The notes beneath the pieces were generated by a model that worked only from the letters and a program-made list of their open reading frames with translations, had not been told where the DNA came from and did not search any database. A DNA stretch of 52,863 nt from a virus (Duplodnaviria > Caudoviricetes): positions 1-52,863 of IMG/VR virus record IMGVR_UViG_3300006929_000021; one strand, 5' to 3'. Numbering within the stretch: position 1 is the stretch's first letter; each line of letters opens with the position of its first letter. The position numbers were made by a program, and so were the translations under genes. Below, piece after piece: positions 1 through 9,596 of the stretch.

Positions 1-35
1 AAAAAGAAAAGGGGTGAGGATAAACCCCACCCCTT
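1..35 (-). terminator. Rho-independent terminator after major capsid gene
   Basis: AAGGGGTGAGG-ataaa-CCCCACCCCTT hairpin (9-35) preceded by an A-rich run on + (U-tract on -), just downstream of the capsid stop codon. Confidence 0.75.
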
Positions 36-43
36 CACTCATA

Positions 44-949
44 CTATGCTCCCGTTGTTCCCCAGATCCCTAATGGATCGGAGACACCGAAGCTGTACCG
101 CTCACGAGCCTTGTAGCGAACATTTCCAGTGTCAAAGTCACCGTCCATGCTTGTTTCCAAAGCTACACGATTAAAGTGCTTCATTCCGTTAGGAACGTCT
201 GTCAGCAAGAACCATGCGTCAGTATCGGTTAGATAATGATTTACAACGGTTCCGCCAGGTACAACACCCATTGAACGCACAGCGTTAATGTCGTTGTCAG
301 CAGTTCCAGGACGAAGATCAGACTGCATCACCCGTGCCGCAACGAATTGCAGATCAGGTGGGATTACAAGTGTCTGAGGACGAGCAGCGATCATTAGACC
401 ACGCTCATCTGTCCACTTGCCAATCTGAATTACCGCAGCCTCAAGAGAAGTCTCATTGAGGTCAGCATGGGTACTGGGCATATTAGCGTTTGTTCCACCA
501 CTAACTAGTGGGTGAGACGCACTAAACAAGTATACCCCATCGCCAGACTGATAAGTATCAAAGCCAGTGTTAAGCGGAACTACTGCTTTCACTTGCTTAG
601 TATGGGCCATGGCACGAGCCAAAGCCTTAGTGTAACGAGCCGACAGGGAGTCATAAAGATTATCTTCCATAGCTTCTTCTGTAATAGCGAAGCCCATGGC
701 GATAGTCTCATGGTTGTAGCGAGCCGTGAAGCTCTCCTGTGCAGCGTCGTAAGAAATTGCTGATCCCTCATCTTTAACGGGAGCAGCGTCGAAGCCCGAA
801 AGCTTTACTTCTTCCTCAAAGGACCTATCTGAACTTTCAGTCTCATAGAGTGCAGCATGCTCGTCATCATAACGTGCATACTCCATTCCAAAGAGGGCGT
901 TAAGTCCAGGCAATAGTTCTTTGAGCAGTTGTGCTCTTGATATAGCCAT
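44..949 (-). CDS. major capsid protein (Mu gpT-like family)
   Basis: 301 aa; N-terminus MAISRAQLLKELLPGLNALFG and C-terminus YKARERYSFGxSDP are typical of this aquatic phage capsid family; last gene of the head operon. Confidence 0.85.
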   Translation of the reverse strand: MAISRAQLLKELLPGLNALFGMEYARYDDEHAALYETESSDRSFEEEVKLSGFDAAPVKDEGSAISYDAAQESFTARYNHETIAMGFAITEEAMEDNLYDSLSARYTKALARAMAHTKQVKAVVPLNTGFDTYQSGDGVYLFSASHPLVSGGTNANMPSTHADLNETSLEAAVIQIGKWTDERGLMIAARPQTLVIPPDLQFVAARVMQSDLRPGTADNDINAVRSMGVVPGGTVVNHYLTDTDAWFLLTDVPNGMKHFNRVALETSMDGDFDTGNVRYKARERYSFGVSDPLGIWGTTGA

Positions 950-959
950 TTATTTTACC

Positions 960-1583
960 TTATACCCCAGTTGCAGTCATATACTGATGAGGACACTCAT
1001 TAGTATCTTTAGCCGCATTAAATTTAACTATGACATCAGGGTAAGCATCACTGACTGTCGTTCCTACTGGAGCCTTACTATCAGGTCCATCAACAAAATC
1101 CAGGATACGAAGAGGCAACGTATCGGTTGTAGCCGTACTGCTTCGATCCAATGTGTTTTTAGATTTACCAATAGAAGTAGAACCAGCTGTTTGAACTACG
1201 GCTGCATTTAGACCACGATCTGTATTATACAAACCAGTGCCGTCGTCTCCTTGCATCTGAAATACGACCATAGGATCGTCGAGTACATAAGCCATTGCAT
1301 CTGTTGCTGCATTTGATGCAGGCCACTGTGTACTAAACGTCTTTTGCCCGCTTGTTGGGTCCGTATAGGAGCATCCCATAAAAATACCACAAGTAGTTAA
1401 GGTAGCAGTACCAGTATCTTTTGCAATCGTACCGTCTGCTGCAACCTTAACGAAATCGCCATTAAAAATAGCGGTTCCATATGTGGTAATTATTGGTAAA
1501 TGACGCACCGAACCCGTATACGATCCTGATGCACTCAATGTACCAATTGGTCTAGCTCCATACGGTGTTGCTGAAGAAGCCAT
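960..1583 (-). CDS. putative capsid-associated/decoration protein
   Basis: 207 aa, Thr/Gly/Ala-rich (PYGARPIG, IFNGDFV); lies immediately upstream of the capsid gene. Confidence 0.55.
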   Translation of the reverse strand: MASSATPYGARPIGTLSASGSYTGSVRHLPIITTYGTAIFNGDFVKVAADGTIAKDTGTATLTTCGIFMGCSYTDPTSGQKTFSTQWPASNAATDAMAYVLDDPMVVFQMQGDDGTGLYNTDRGLNAAVVQTAGSTSIGKSKNTLDRSSTATTDTLPLRILDFVDGPDSKAPVGTTVSDAYPDVIVKFNAAKDTNECPHQYMTATGV

Positions 1584-1621
1584 AAGTTTATTGCCTTTCT
1601 TTAATTTTCATAATTTCGACG

Positions 1622-2089
1622 TTAGCGGTTACCGCCAAACGCCACACGAGTCTTTCTATCAGGTGCGAGAACTGGCATCCGAGGATCGTTCTCACGCATA
1701 TAACTGTTGTCAACGGCTTGCATCTGTGAATCAGCGTGCTTCTTAAAATACTCACGCCTTTCCTGTACCACCTCTTCGGGTGCCTTGCAGAGTAGCAGTC
1801 CACCGACCTCAATGTTTCCCTTTTCACCCCACTCAGATTTATGATCACTCATAATCTGGAGTTCGGGATGATCTTCAGCACGAACTGGTTCCCAACCTTC
1901 CCTAAGTCTCTTGGAAACATTGGTATTGTCCGCACTTCCAACCATTGATGTTCTTATCCACCTAAATACCCAGCCATCTTGTGGGGTGGGATCTGGTAGA
2001 GTTGATGCAGGTTCCCATGATTTACTACGAGTCTCACTTTTACGAGTCTCTAGTTCTCTGGGTTTCCTGGCAGCACGCTTTTTAGCCAT
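1622..2089 (-). CDS. conserved head-module hypothetical protein
   Basis: 155 aa; LPDP..GWVFRWIR..REGWEPV..GGLLLCK motifs; translationally coupled to the scaffold gene. Confidence 0.7.
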   Translation of the reverse strand: MAKKRAARKPRELETRKSETRSKSWEPASTLPDPTPQDGWVFRWIRTSMVGSADNTNVSKRLREGWEPVRAEDHPELQIMSDHKSEWGEKGNIEVGGLLLCKAPEEVVQERREYFKKHADSQMQAVDNSYMRENDPRMPVLAPDRKTRVAFGGNR

Positions 2090-3078
2090 TAGACCATCTC
2101 CTTCATCAGTTGTGTCGCATATTGTTGTGGTGTTAAGCCCAGGCGTTTAGCGAGTCTTACCTGTGTTTGTGTCAATTGTACTTTTCTCTGAATCGCTCCA
2201 CCACTATTTCTAGAAGCGGGAGCAACTACAGGATTTGCTCTTTTACGAGTAGATGCAGCTTCGACACTAACTTGAGTGTCTCCACCGAAATGCGACGGAA
2301 AAACTTCTCCCATACGTTTATCAATTAATTGATAGTACTCATCAGTGTCTGGGTCAATACCTTCATTTACAAGTCGCTCATGTACACCATAAGCAAAGCT
2401 TGTCATTTCTGTATCTGTGCCAAACCACTCATTAGCTCCCTGCCACTCTACTGCTTTAGGGTCAGGCTCTATAGCAGGTGCTGGATCATAAGGTTGCTCG
2501 CTTTCTTGTTGCCCCTGCTGGGCCATTACATCTTGTTTCCACTTTTCTATAATTTTTCTAGACACCGAAGGTGCATATGCTTGAGCAAGCTGTGCATTAG
2601 TCAAGTTCTTCTGTGCTTCAGCTATAGCATCCGCATCACCTGACCCATGTGCCTTCTTAAAGTTTTCTTCAGCAAGTAAAAGCTGGTTATCTGCACGATT
2701 TTTTGCCTGTTGCGTCAATGCAGACTGAGAATCCTGAACTAACTTCACTAATCTTTGGTTTTCTACCTGAAGTTGCTGTGTATAGTTGACAGCTTCGTTA
2801 GATAACCTTTCCGAAGACTCTTTTGCCCTACGTTCTTCGTGAAATTGTTTTTTTAGCTTGTTAATACGTTTTTGAACCTTTGTTCCGTAGTCAGCAAGCT
2901 CATCTTCGTCCCCTGCAGCAGGTGCAAACCTCTGATCCTCTTCTGGTCGGTCATCAACCACCTCAATATCGACTTCTGCAGCTTCAGACTCAGCCGATTC
3001 GGGTTCTGGTGGATCAATTGTCGTTCTTACACCTAAAAACCTGTCTTCATTGCTTGATCTTCCCGTTTCTTCACTCAT
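2089..3078 (-). CDS. putative capsid scaffolding protein
   Basis: 329 aa; acidic N-terminus, long coiled coil, C-terminal LAKRLGLTPQQYA helix; lies between portal and capsid. Confidence 0.7.
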   Translation of the reverse strand: MSEETGRSSNEDRFLGVRTTIDPPEPESAESEAAEVDIEVVDDRPEEDQRFAPAAGDEDELADYGTKVQKRINKLKKQFHEERRAKESSERLSNEAVNYTQQLQVENQRLVKLVQDSQSALTQQAKNRADNQLLLAEENFKKAHGSGDADAIAEAQKNLTNAQLAQAYAPSVSRKIIEKWKQDVMAQQGQQESEQPYDPAPAIEPDPKAVEWQGANEWFGTDTEMTSFAYGVHERLVNEGIDPDTDEYYQLIDKRMGEVFPSHFGGDTQVSVEAASTRKRANPVVAPASRNSGGAIQRKVQLTQTQVRLAKRLGLTPQQYATQLMKEMV

Positions 3079-3079
3079 A

Positions 3080-3478
3080 TTAAGCCCTTTCTATGCCTCT
3101 GGGGTCTTCTACGACCGCCTCTACAGTGTCATCATTGATTAAACGAAATTCTTTACCATGAATTTTAATTCTAGTGCCACTGAAAGCCCTAAATATCACC
3201 CAATCACCGTCTTTGCAGTAAGGACCAGTGGGAAATCTACTAAAATCAGAGTAAGCATCAGTTCCAACCTTCAACACAAACCCTACAACGGTAGAAATTG
3301 ACTCTTCATGCTGGGATGTGTGTGATTTTATGATGCCACCCTCTGTTGTTTCGTCTATCTCAGGAAGTGCAATCAATAATTTGTAACCTGAAGGCTCAGG
3401 TAGCTGTGATGCAGTCCGAAGAAACTCTTTCTCTTCGGCAAGTGTGGTATCTTCTACTTCTTGTGCGAGTGTAGTCAT
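3080..3478 (-). CDS. groES: GroES-like co-chaperonin
   Basis: PSGYKLLI...TTEGGII mobile loop, VLKVG, GDWVIF..FSGTRIKIHGKEFRLINDDTVEAVV match the Cpn10 pattern. Confidence 0.85.
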   Translation of the reverse strand: MTTLAQEVEDTTLAEEKEFLRTASQLPEPSGYKLLIALPEIDETTEGGIIKSHTSQHEESISTVVGFVLKVGTDAYSDFSRFPTGPYCKDGDWVIFRAFSGTRIKIHGKEFRLINDDTVEAVVEDPRGIERA

Positions 3479-3522
3479 GTGACCTCTCGTTAAATTGTGG
3501 CATCCTTACGGAAGTTGCTCTT

Positions 3523-3702
3523 CTAATTAGAAGGTTTTCTTTTTTTACTAACTTTTTCATTTTTAGGGATTGCCCAAAGCCGTCCCTCTTCATCAAACTC
3601 AAAATGAAATGGTACTTCTTCTGGGTCAACCCACTCGTCTGCCTCTTCGTCAGAAATTATACCAAAATACTGAGCAAGTCGAATCGAAGTTTTCCACTTC
3701 AA
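3523..3702 (-). CDS. small hypothetical protein (59 aa, TTG start; not in ORF track)
   Basis: Hand-translated MKWKTSIRLAQYFG...KKRKPSN*; GAGGGA upstream; fills the gap in the operon. Confidence 0.35.
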   Translation of the reverse strand: MKWKTSIRLAQYFGIISDEEADEWVDPEEVPFHFEFDEEGRLWAIPKNEKVSKKRKPSN

Positions 3703-3704
3703 GG

Positions 3705-3893
3705 TTACATATCCCTCAACTTATCCTCTAAATCAATAATTTCTCGCTCTGCATACGCCAAACCCTCTATAACTCCGCACATTTTACGGTATTCCTCCAT
3801 GTCTGACGCTGAGCCTACTGCCAAATGATCAGCAATTTCGTTCATTTGGCTTCTAATTCTCTTTTTAAGTAAAGATAAAACATCATCACCCAC
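3705..3893 (-). CDS. conserved small protein downstream of portal
   Basis: 62 aa, EEYRKMCGVIEGL motif; overlaps the portal stop codon. Confidence 0.7.
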   Translation of the reverse strand: MGDDVLSLLKKRIRSQMNEIADHLAVGSASDMEEYRKMCGVIEGLAYAEREIIDLEDKLRDM

Positions 3894-6393
3894 CTTTAGG
3901 CTCCTTTCCTTTTTCTTTTTCTGCTAATTCAGCCATAAATTTGTCTGTATCAACACCAAATTTAAATCCTTCAGCCTCTTGTTCGGCTTCAAACTTTTCT
4001 AAATCGGCTGCAAGCTTCTGTGTTTCCAAATTAACCTTGGCGGCCAACTCTTTTTCATCCATATCTATGCCTGCCACTGCTTTTTCCCGATCAAGATCAA
4101 GCTTAGCAGTATCTAATTGTTGTTTTGCTTGGTCAACTTGCTGTTTCCTTTGAACATCCATCTCACGAATATCAAGCTCACGCTCTCTTTGTTTCACAAT
4201 TGGATCTTCTTGCTGTGCTGCCATCTGCTCAGCCTGTGCTTGCTGCTGTTTCTTGCCCATCATTTGATCAGCAGCGTCGGCAATCATAACACTAAGTTGT
4301 TTTTCTATGTTCGGAGGTAGCGGTTCTCCAACTGGTGGAAGTGGTGCTCCAAGTTCTTCTTCTATCTGCCTACGGAATACAAATGCCAAGTGTTCACGAA
4401 CATGTGCATCCAACGCACCGCTTACTGCACCACCCGAAGGACTGTTCTGAACCTCCTGTGCAAGTTGCGGATCATTCTTAAGTGCCATATGAACTCGCAT
4501 ATGTGCTTCGTGATCCTGATATTCATACGCTTTAACAGGAGCAAGTGTAAGCATGTCTTGATTTTCTGTTACAGGATCTTTAGGTGGCACTTCTTCTTGG
4601 TTCGGAACCACCTTGTCAGCATTAGGTATACCTATTAGATCCATCATTTGACGATGAAGCAATGGCATATCATAAAGATTCGGAGCCTGTGCAGCCAATT
4701 GCAGTGCAGCCTGATATTGCATAATTCTTTGAGCCATGGTTGATGCATTAGGATCAGACACTGGCACAACATCTATGCGATCATCAAAGTCCTCAAGCTT
4801 AATTGCTTCACCCTCATCTGTTTCGTAGGGATAAGCGGGATCTGTATAGTCAGCAATTATTTCTGATAGTATTTTATATTCTTGCTTTAGGCTTGCATGT
4901 ATTCTCGCCTGAATAGCAGACTGCACCTTCATAGCTCTTTCCATGATTGCAAGAGTAGTTCCCACGGGAGCCTCTTGATTCATGTCTGCTACTTTAAGGT
5001 CGGCCATTGACGCAAAGCGTCTGCCTTCTTCGACGATATTACCCAGTAACTGATAAAGGACCGAACTAGGTTCCTTATAAGGAAGGAAGGTGATGTTGTC
5101 ACGAATCGCCCCGCCTGGGACATCAACGTCTCTAAACTCTCCTGGCATGATAGGCGTGTCATCGCCTTTGATTCTAAGTCCACGAGTTTTCAAACCTCCA
5201 GGTAGATTGGATAGTGTGCCCGCATCAACCAACTGTCTAAGTAAGCTGGTCGCAGATTTGGCTAATCCTCCAATCATGTGGATTAAGCCAAGGTTGTAGA
5301 ATCCGATTCCTGGAACGTAGCCGTAATGTACAAAGTGTTGTTTTTTCACTCTGTGCGGATCTTCTTCAGACCAATTCCTATAAATAGAAAGAACGGTGTC
5401 GCTGCCTTTATCAATCGTAATTACATATGGCAACGCAACCCCGTCTTCGTCCTCATATCCAGGTAAGTCTATATCGGCATGCATTTCAAGAAGTTGGTGT
5501 CGCTCATCATTTTCGTAAGACGGACGCACGCCTCCAATTTCATTGTATTTATCTGTAATAGAATTGTCTTCTATATTGGAGGGCGTTAGTTCTACATCCC
5601 GATAAAATCCACTAACCTGTAACTTTCTAATCTGATTAGTGCTACGATTCATTACGTGTGTATATCGTTCTGCATGTTGTAACTCTCCCTCATTGTACGC
5701 AACTACAAAGTCCTCAGCAGGAACGAACATAGAAGTAGGTCTGCCCAACGAAGGGTCGAAATAAATCTTACGAAATGCAGAACCAGCAAGAGGCAAACTA
5801 AAAAGTAGTTTTTCTGTTTCTGAGCGATACTCAGTCATTACCTCAATAAGTTGGTAATTTAAATATTCCTGAACACGCTTTGCTTGCTTTTCTCTTTCAG
5901 GAGTAAACTTGCCCCAAATATGAGTTTTGACTGGACCCTGTGCTGGCATAATCTCTTGAATAGTCTGGGCTTGAAATCGCACTACTGCCTCAGAAAGCAT
6001 TGGATGAAATACGCCACATGCTCCAGCCCATGGGGTTGTACGCTCTTCAATCTCCAAGCCTAACTGATCTAGCCCTTGTTCATAGCTTTGTTCCCAGTCA
6101 CCCCTGCTGGATTTATCGGATTCAAATTTTCCAACAAGTTCTGAACCAAGGCTTTGTAGTTCGCCTTCGTCTATAAAGTCAGCAAGATTGGAATCAAACG
6201 AATCCTCTTGCATCATCATATCAGCCATTGGATCAAAGTCGACCATCATGCCGCCATCATCCATTTCGACTAACAGTGATTCACCATCAGCCTCTTCTTC
6301 AGCAAGCGTCACTTCTTGGGCAATCTCTTCAGGACTTACACCAAGTTGTTCAAGCTCACTAATAATAGGTTCAATTGCTTTGTCTATCGCCAC
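3886..6393 (-). CDS. portal protein
   Basis: 835 aa following terL; PWAGACGVFHPMLSEAVVRFQA, LPLAGSAFRKIY and LRQLVDAGTLSNLP motifs; C-terminal coiled-coil barrel as in P22-like portals. Confidence 0.85.
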   Translation of the reverse strand: MAIDKAIEPIISELEQLGVSPEEIAQEVTLAEEEADGESLLVEMDDGGMMVDFDPMADMMMQEDSFDSNLADFIDEGELQSLGSELVGKFESDKSSRGDWEQSYEQGLDQLGLEIEERTTPWAGACGVFHPMLSEAVVRFQAQTIQEIMPAQGPVKTHIWGKFTPEREKQAKRVQEYLNYQLIEVMTEYRSETEKLLFSLPLAGSAFRKIYFDPSLGRPTSMFVPAEDFVVAYNEGELQHAERYTHVMNRSTNQIRKLQVSGFYRDVELTPSNIEDNSITDKYNEIGGVRPSYENDERHQLLEMHADIDLPGYEDEDGVALPYVITIDKGSDTVLSIYRNWSEEDPHRVKKQHFVHYGYVPGIGFYNLGLIHMIGGLAKSATSLLRQLVDAGTLSNLPGGLKTRGLRIKGDDTPIMPGEFRDVDVPGGAIRDNITFLPYKEPSSVLYQLLGNIVEEGRRFASMADLKVADMNQEAPVGTTLAIMERAMKVQSAIQARIHASLKQEYKILSEIIADYTDPAYPYETDEGEAIKLEDFDDRIDVVPVSDPNASTMAQRIMQYQAALQLAAQAPNLYDMPLLHRQMMDLIGIPNADKVVPNQEEVPPKDPVTENQDMLTLAPVKAYEYQDHEAHMRVHMALKNDPQLAQEVQNSPSGGAVSGALDAHVREHLAFVFRRQIEEELGAPLPPVGEPLPPNIEKQLSVMIADAADQMMGKKQQQAQAEQMAAQQEDPIVKQRERELDIREMDVQRKQQVDQAKQQLDTAKLDLDREKAVAGIDMDEKELAAKVNLETQKLAADLEKFEAEQEAEGFKFGVDTDKFMAELAEKEKGKEPKGG

Positions 6394-6457
6394 AGGCTAT
6401 TCCTCTGCATTATTGTATGACATACACAATGAGAAAATATAACTCCAGAGTCAACCA

Positions 6458-7948
6458 TTAATAATAATCTGCTTTTCTATTTAAAAGAAACTCTTCTTCC
6501 TCTTCATCGCTTGCTATCCTTATAAATCCTCCTTGACGAAACCTTAAAAGAGCTTGCGTAGAAGAGTCAACCAAGTCGTCGTGATCACCAGTCGGAAAGG
6601 CAGCAAACTCCTCAACTACCAATTCTGCCCATCTTGTTTTTGGTGCCCACACATGCCCAGAGGAGAATAAATCTGAAATCGCATTTACTCTAGCAATTTT
6701 ATCTTTACCCCTGCTGGGTACATACTCACCCACAGGTATACCCATGCGACGCAATTCAAATATCAATGGAGTCCCTGCAGCTTTAGCTTCTACAATAAAC
6801 GCATCAGGTTCGTACTCTTTATACATTTCATAAGCACGTGCCTTAAGATCAGGAAATTCTAATCTCTCCTGAAATGCATCTAAAAGAATAATACTTGATA
6901 TATTATCTTCATCTGTAAAAACCCCCCAGGTGGTACACGCACTATAGTCAGCAGTTTCCTTTGCAAGAAATGCAGTATCCCAAGATTGAATAATAAAATC
7001 ACAAGGGGGTGGCCGTTTCTGTGTCCACTCTTTCCACCACTCCCTTTTTATAATTGCACCTTCTTCTGACGAAGGATCTTGCTGATACTGGGCACTCCAC
7101 TTACCAATAGGTAGTTCTGCCTTCAGTGCTTCTAATTGGTCGAGTGGCCAAAAGCCAGGCCACAAAGATTTGCCACTAGGAAGTATGGCAGGAAATTCTA
7201 TAACCTCCCACTCATCACCACCCCTTTGGATAGATGACTTCATAATACTTCCCGTTAAATCTTTTTTTGACCAACGGGTCATTACCAAACATATCGCACC
7301 GCCAGGCTGTAGTCTTTGGCGAGGACCAGAGGTATACCACTCATATGTTTTGTCATATACCGAAGGATCGTTTAATGCAGCTTCCTGTTCAGAATGCGGG
7401 TCATCAACAATTAAGATATCTGCACCCTTACCTGTTACGGCACCACCTACACCAATAGCGAAATATTCTCCTTGCTTATTTGTACTCCATCTTCCCGCAG
7501 CCTTAGAGTCTGTACTAAGTGCAACATCTTTAAATATTTTTTGATAATCCTCTGAGCCAACAAGGTTACGAACCTTACGACCAAAGCCTACAGCAAGCTC
7601 CGCAGTATGTGCAGTCTGAATTACTTTTTTATCAGGAAACCTTCCAAGGTACCATGCTGGAAAAAGATGAGATGCAAACTCTGACTTTGTATGACGAGGA
7701 GGCATATTTACAATTAGCCTCTTCAGGGACCCGTCTGCAATTCTATTAAACGCATCTGCCATGACCTTGTGATGGTCACCTTCAATAAAGGCGGGCCAAA
7801 CTTCTTTTACAAAAGCAAGAAAGTCTGTGTGTGCAATGGTTCTTGTTCTGGCATCTGACAGTTCATCTAATAAAATAAGAACTTCTTTTCGGGTATCAGG
7901 TGCCAGTGTATCCAGCCGTTTGGTTATTGTGGCTAAATCTAGACTCAT
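6458..7948 (-). CDS. terL: terminase large subunit
   Basis: Walker A NMPPRHTKS, Walker B ILIVDDPH, coupling motif VMTRW, RNase H-like nuclease motifs SWDTA and HDDLVDS. Confidence 0.95.
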   Translation of the reverse strand: MSLDLATITKRLDTLAPDTRKEVLILLDELSDARTRTIAHTDFLAFVKEVWPAFIEGDHHKVMADAFNRIADGSLKRLIVNMPPRHTKSEFASHLFPAWYLGRFPDKKVIQTAHTAELAVGFGRKVRNLVGSEDYQKIFKDVALSTDSKAAGRWSTNKQGEYFAIGVGGAVTGKGADILIVDDPHSEQEAALNDPSVYDKTYEWYTSGPRQRLQPGGAICLVMTRWSKKDLTGSIMKSSIQRGGDEWEVIEFPAILPSGKSLWPGFWPLDQLEALKAELPIGKWSAQYQQDPSSEEGAIIKREWWKEWTQKRPPPCDFIIQSWDTAFLAKETADYSACTTWGVFTDEDNISSIILLDAFQERLEFPDLKARAYEMYKEYEPDAFIVEAKAAGTPLIFELRRMGIPVGEYVPSRGKDKIARVNAISDLFSSGHVWAPKTRWAELVVEEFAAFPTGDHDDLVDSSTQALLRFRQGGFIRIASDEEEEEFLLNRKADYY

Positions 7949-8175
7949 TAATCTATAACAGTTTGAAAATGATAAAAAATTATTTCAGCCTCTTTTCTTA
8001 GTTTTTCGGCAAGTTCTGTTTTGTTCTTCTTTGCTGCACGCTGAGACTCCATAAGCAGTTGACCATATCTGTGTAATTTATCAGAGGGTTTAGCCACGCC
8101 TGATTTTCCTCTCATTACGTGAGCGATTGCTTCCTTGTCTTTTTGCCTTCGTTTCTCTGAGATAGCTTTCGACAT
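7948..8175 (-). CDS. hypothetical protein
   Basis: 75 aa, basic; GGAGG RBS; stop overlaps the terL start. Confidence 0.55.
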   Translation of the reverse strand: MSKAISEKRRQKDKEAIAHVMRGKSGVAKPSDKLHRYGQLLMESQRAAKKNKTELAEKLRKEAEIIFYHFQTVID

Positions 8176-8494
8176 CCTTTACCTCCTCCGTTGCTAAGTC
8201 AACAACATACTGTGCAAGTTTATACCACTTATGACTATTACGATTATAACCTAATCCTTGAAGGTAGTTTTCCAAAATCTCATCAGCACTCTTTCCTATA
8301 TACTTTGCCTTGCCACTACTTTGTCTGGAAAAATATTTAGGAAAGTTTTCAATTAATGTTTCGGCTGTGTAGCCACGAGCTATGTAACCACTCCGATCAC
8401 GCATAGCAGCAATCTGGTAAGCTTCCACGGCCTCCGCAAGAACATAAAGAAGATCTTCTAACACTATTGGTTCAAAAACTTTTTCAGCCATCAA
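8090..8494 (-). CDS. hypothetical protein
   Basis: 134 aa ORF in the operon upstream of terL; overlaps both neighbours. Confidence 0.55.
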   Translation of the reverse strand: MMAEKVFEPIVLEDLLYVLAEAVEAYQIAAMRDRSGYIARGYTAETLIENFPKYFSRQSSGKAKYIGKSADEILENYLQGLGYNRNSHKWYKLAQYVVDLATEEVKDVESYLRETKAKRQGSNRSRNERKIRRG

Positions 8495-8711
8495 TTACAA
8501 GATCTTCTCGTTTACATTCAATCCATACGTGGGCACCACATGATAATGACTTTCCAGGAGAGTACACAAGTTTACTGGGTCCATTAATCTGAATTGAATC
8601 GGTGTATGTATTGTCCTTGTATGTTTTAATAGAAAACACAGGACGGGAGTCACTAGGGTTTTTTTTGTTGTATTTGATGTTGTGCTGATTTACATGTATT
8701 CGAGCCTTCAC
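8484..8711 (-). CDS. conserved phage hypothetical protein
   Basis: 75 aa; IHVNQHNI...GPS..VYSP..LSCGA.VWIE pattern that I recognise from aquatic phages; GGGAG RBS. Confidence 0.7.
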   Translation of the reverse strand: MKARIHVNQHNIKYNKKNPSDSRPVFSIKTYKDNTYTDSIQINGPSKLVYSPGKSLSCGAHVWIECKREDLVIDG

Positions 8712-8721
8712 AAAACACTCC

Positions 8722-8840
8722 CCTTAGTTAATATTATCTATTATTACCTATATAGATAATCTATACTAGGTAACTTAGACTTAAATATCTAGACTTATAA
8801 CCTAACCTAATGTTATTCTAGATAACTAAGTTAGTTATTA
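8722..8840. other. AT-rich non-coding tract with short palindromes
   Basis: Repeated CTAG/TTAG/CTAA words; ATTATCTAT..ATAGATAAT and TAACTAA-G-TTAGTTA inverted repeats. Confidence 0.5.
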
Positions 8841-9069
8841 TGGTGCCTGAGAAATGGTGTGAGAGAGAGAAGAGAGAGGTGTAAACATTAAATTTTTGCT
8901 GTAGGATGTGCAAAACAGTGTTTTATGGTATCGCCTCTCCCTACTCCTCAGCGGGGGGGACCACCCTACTGGGGTCACCAGCGAACCCAAAAAGCCCCCA
9001 AAAGCAAAAGCATGGAGCTACCCCTCCACCCCCAAAAAGCCCTCCCTCGCCCTGTTTTTTTTTCAACCC

Positions 9070-9512
9070 CCTTTCTTGCCCGATCATTCACCGACCAGTC
9101 CACTAGCACGACAACACACCTCCAACTCACCGTAGAGACAGGCGATACCATTTCTATCTATCTGTGATTTGACACCTTACTCAGCGTTAGAACACCCAAT
9201 GTTTAGCCCTTCGCCTGACTGAGCCATCCTTGATTTTAACGATGAAAAAAGATAGAAAATCTAGCCATTTTGTCTAGGCGGTGTAGCATACCTAGACAAA
9301 ATACCTAGACTGAAGCCCTAAAGGGTTTTCTATTTTGTTTCATAGTGAAAATCAAGAATAGTCAGCCGAAGGACCAAACATCGGGTGTTCTAGCGGGAGC
9401 AAGGTATAAAAATCCCAGATGGCTAGAAATAGCCTCTCCTCCTCCCCTACGACGAGTCGAAGATGTGTTGCCCCGCCAGCGGACCGTTCGGCAAATGATC
9501 GACCAAGAAAGG
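9070..9512 (-). repeat. ~440-nt imperfect inverted repeat (rod-like hairpin, G-U biased on minus strand); candidate ncRNA
   Basis: 9071-9135 aligns ungapped to the reverse complement of 9447-9511 (49/65 identical; 13 of 16 mismatches are G-U on the minus strand); pairing continues inward to a perfect 12-bp stem at 9267-9278/9291-9302. Confidence 0.9.
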
Positions 9513-9561
9513 CAGCAGCCCCCTTTTTTTTGTATATAAGTTAATAGCTTGAATACTCCGA

Positions 9562-9590
9562 TTAAGGGATTGCAATCCTTATACTATAAT
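9562..9590 (+). promoter_or_regulatory. putative sigma70 early promoter with palindrome in spacer
   Basis: TTAAGG-17 nt-TATAAT; the palindrome GGATTGCAATCC overlaps the spacer. Confidence 0.5.
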
Positions 9591-9596
9591 CCCCGT

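Noticed and set aside
9169-9200. TTGACA at 9169 (and 12336) as sigma70 promoters
   Set aside because: No acceptable -10 box at 16-18 nt spacing
9070-9512. Rod hairpin as an assembly artefact or transposon ends
   Set aside because: The outer arms are about 25% diverged with strand-biased substitutions, unlike chimeric perfect palindromes; no transposase or internal cargo
8906-9539. Short ORFs at 8906, 8908, 8925 and 9345
   Set aside because: Low complexity, no convincing RBS, and they overlap the C-rich tract and inverted repeat
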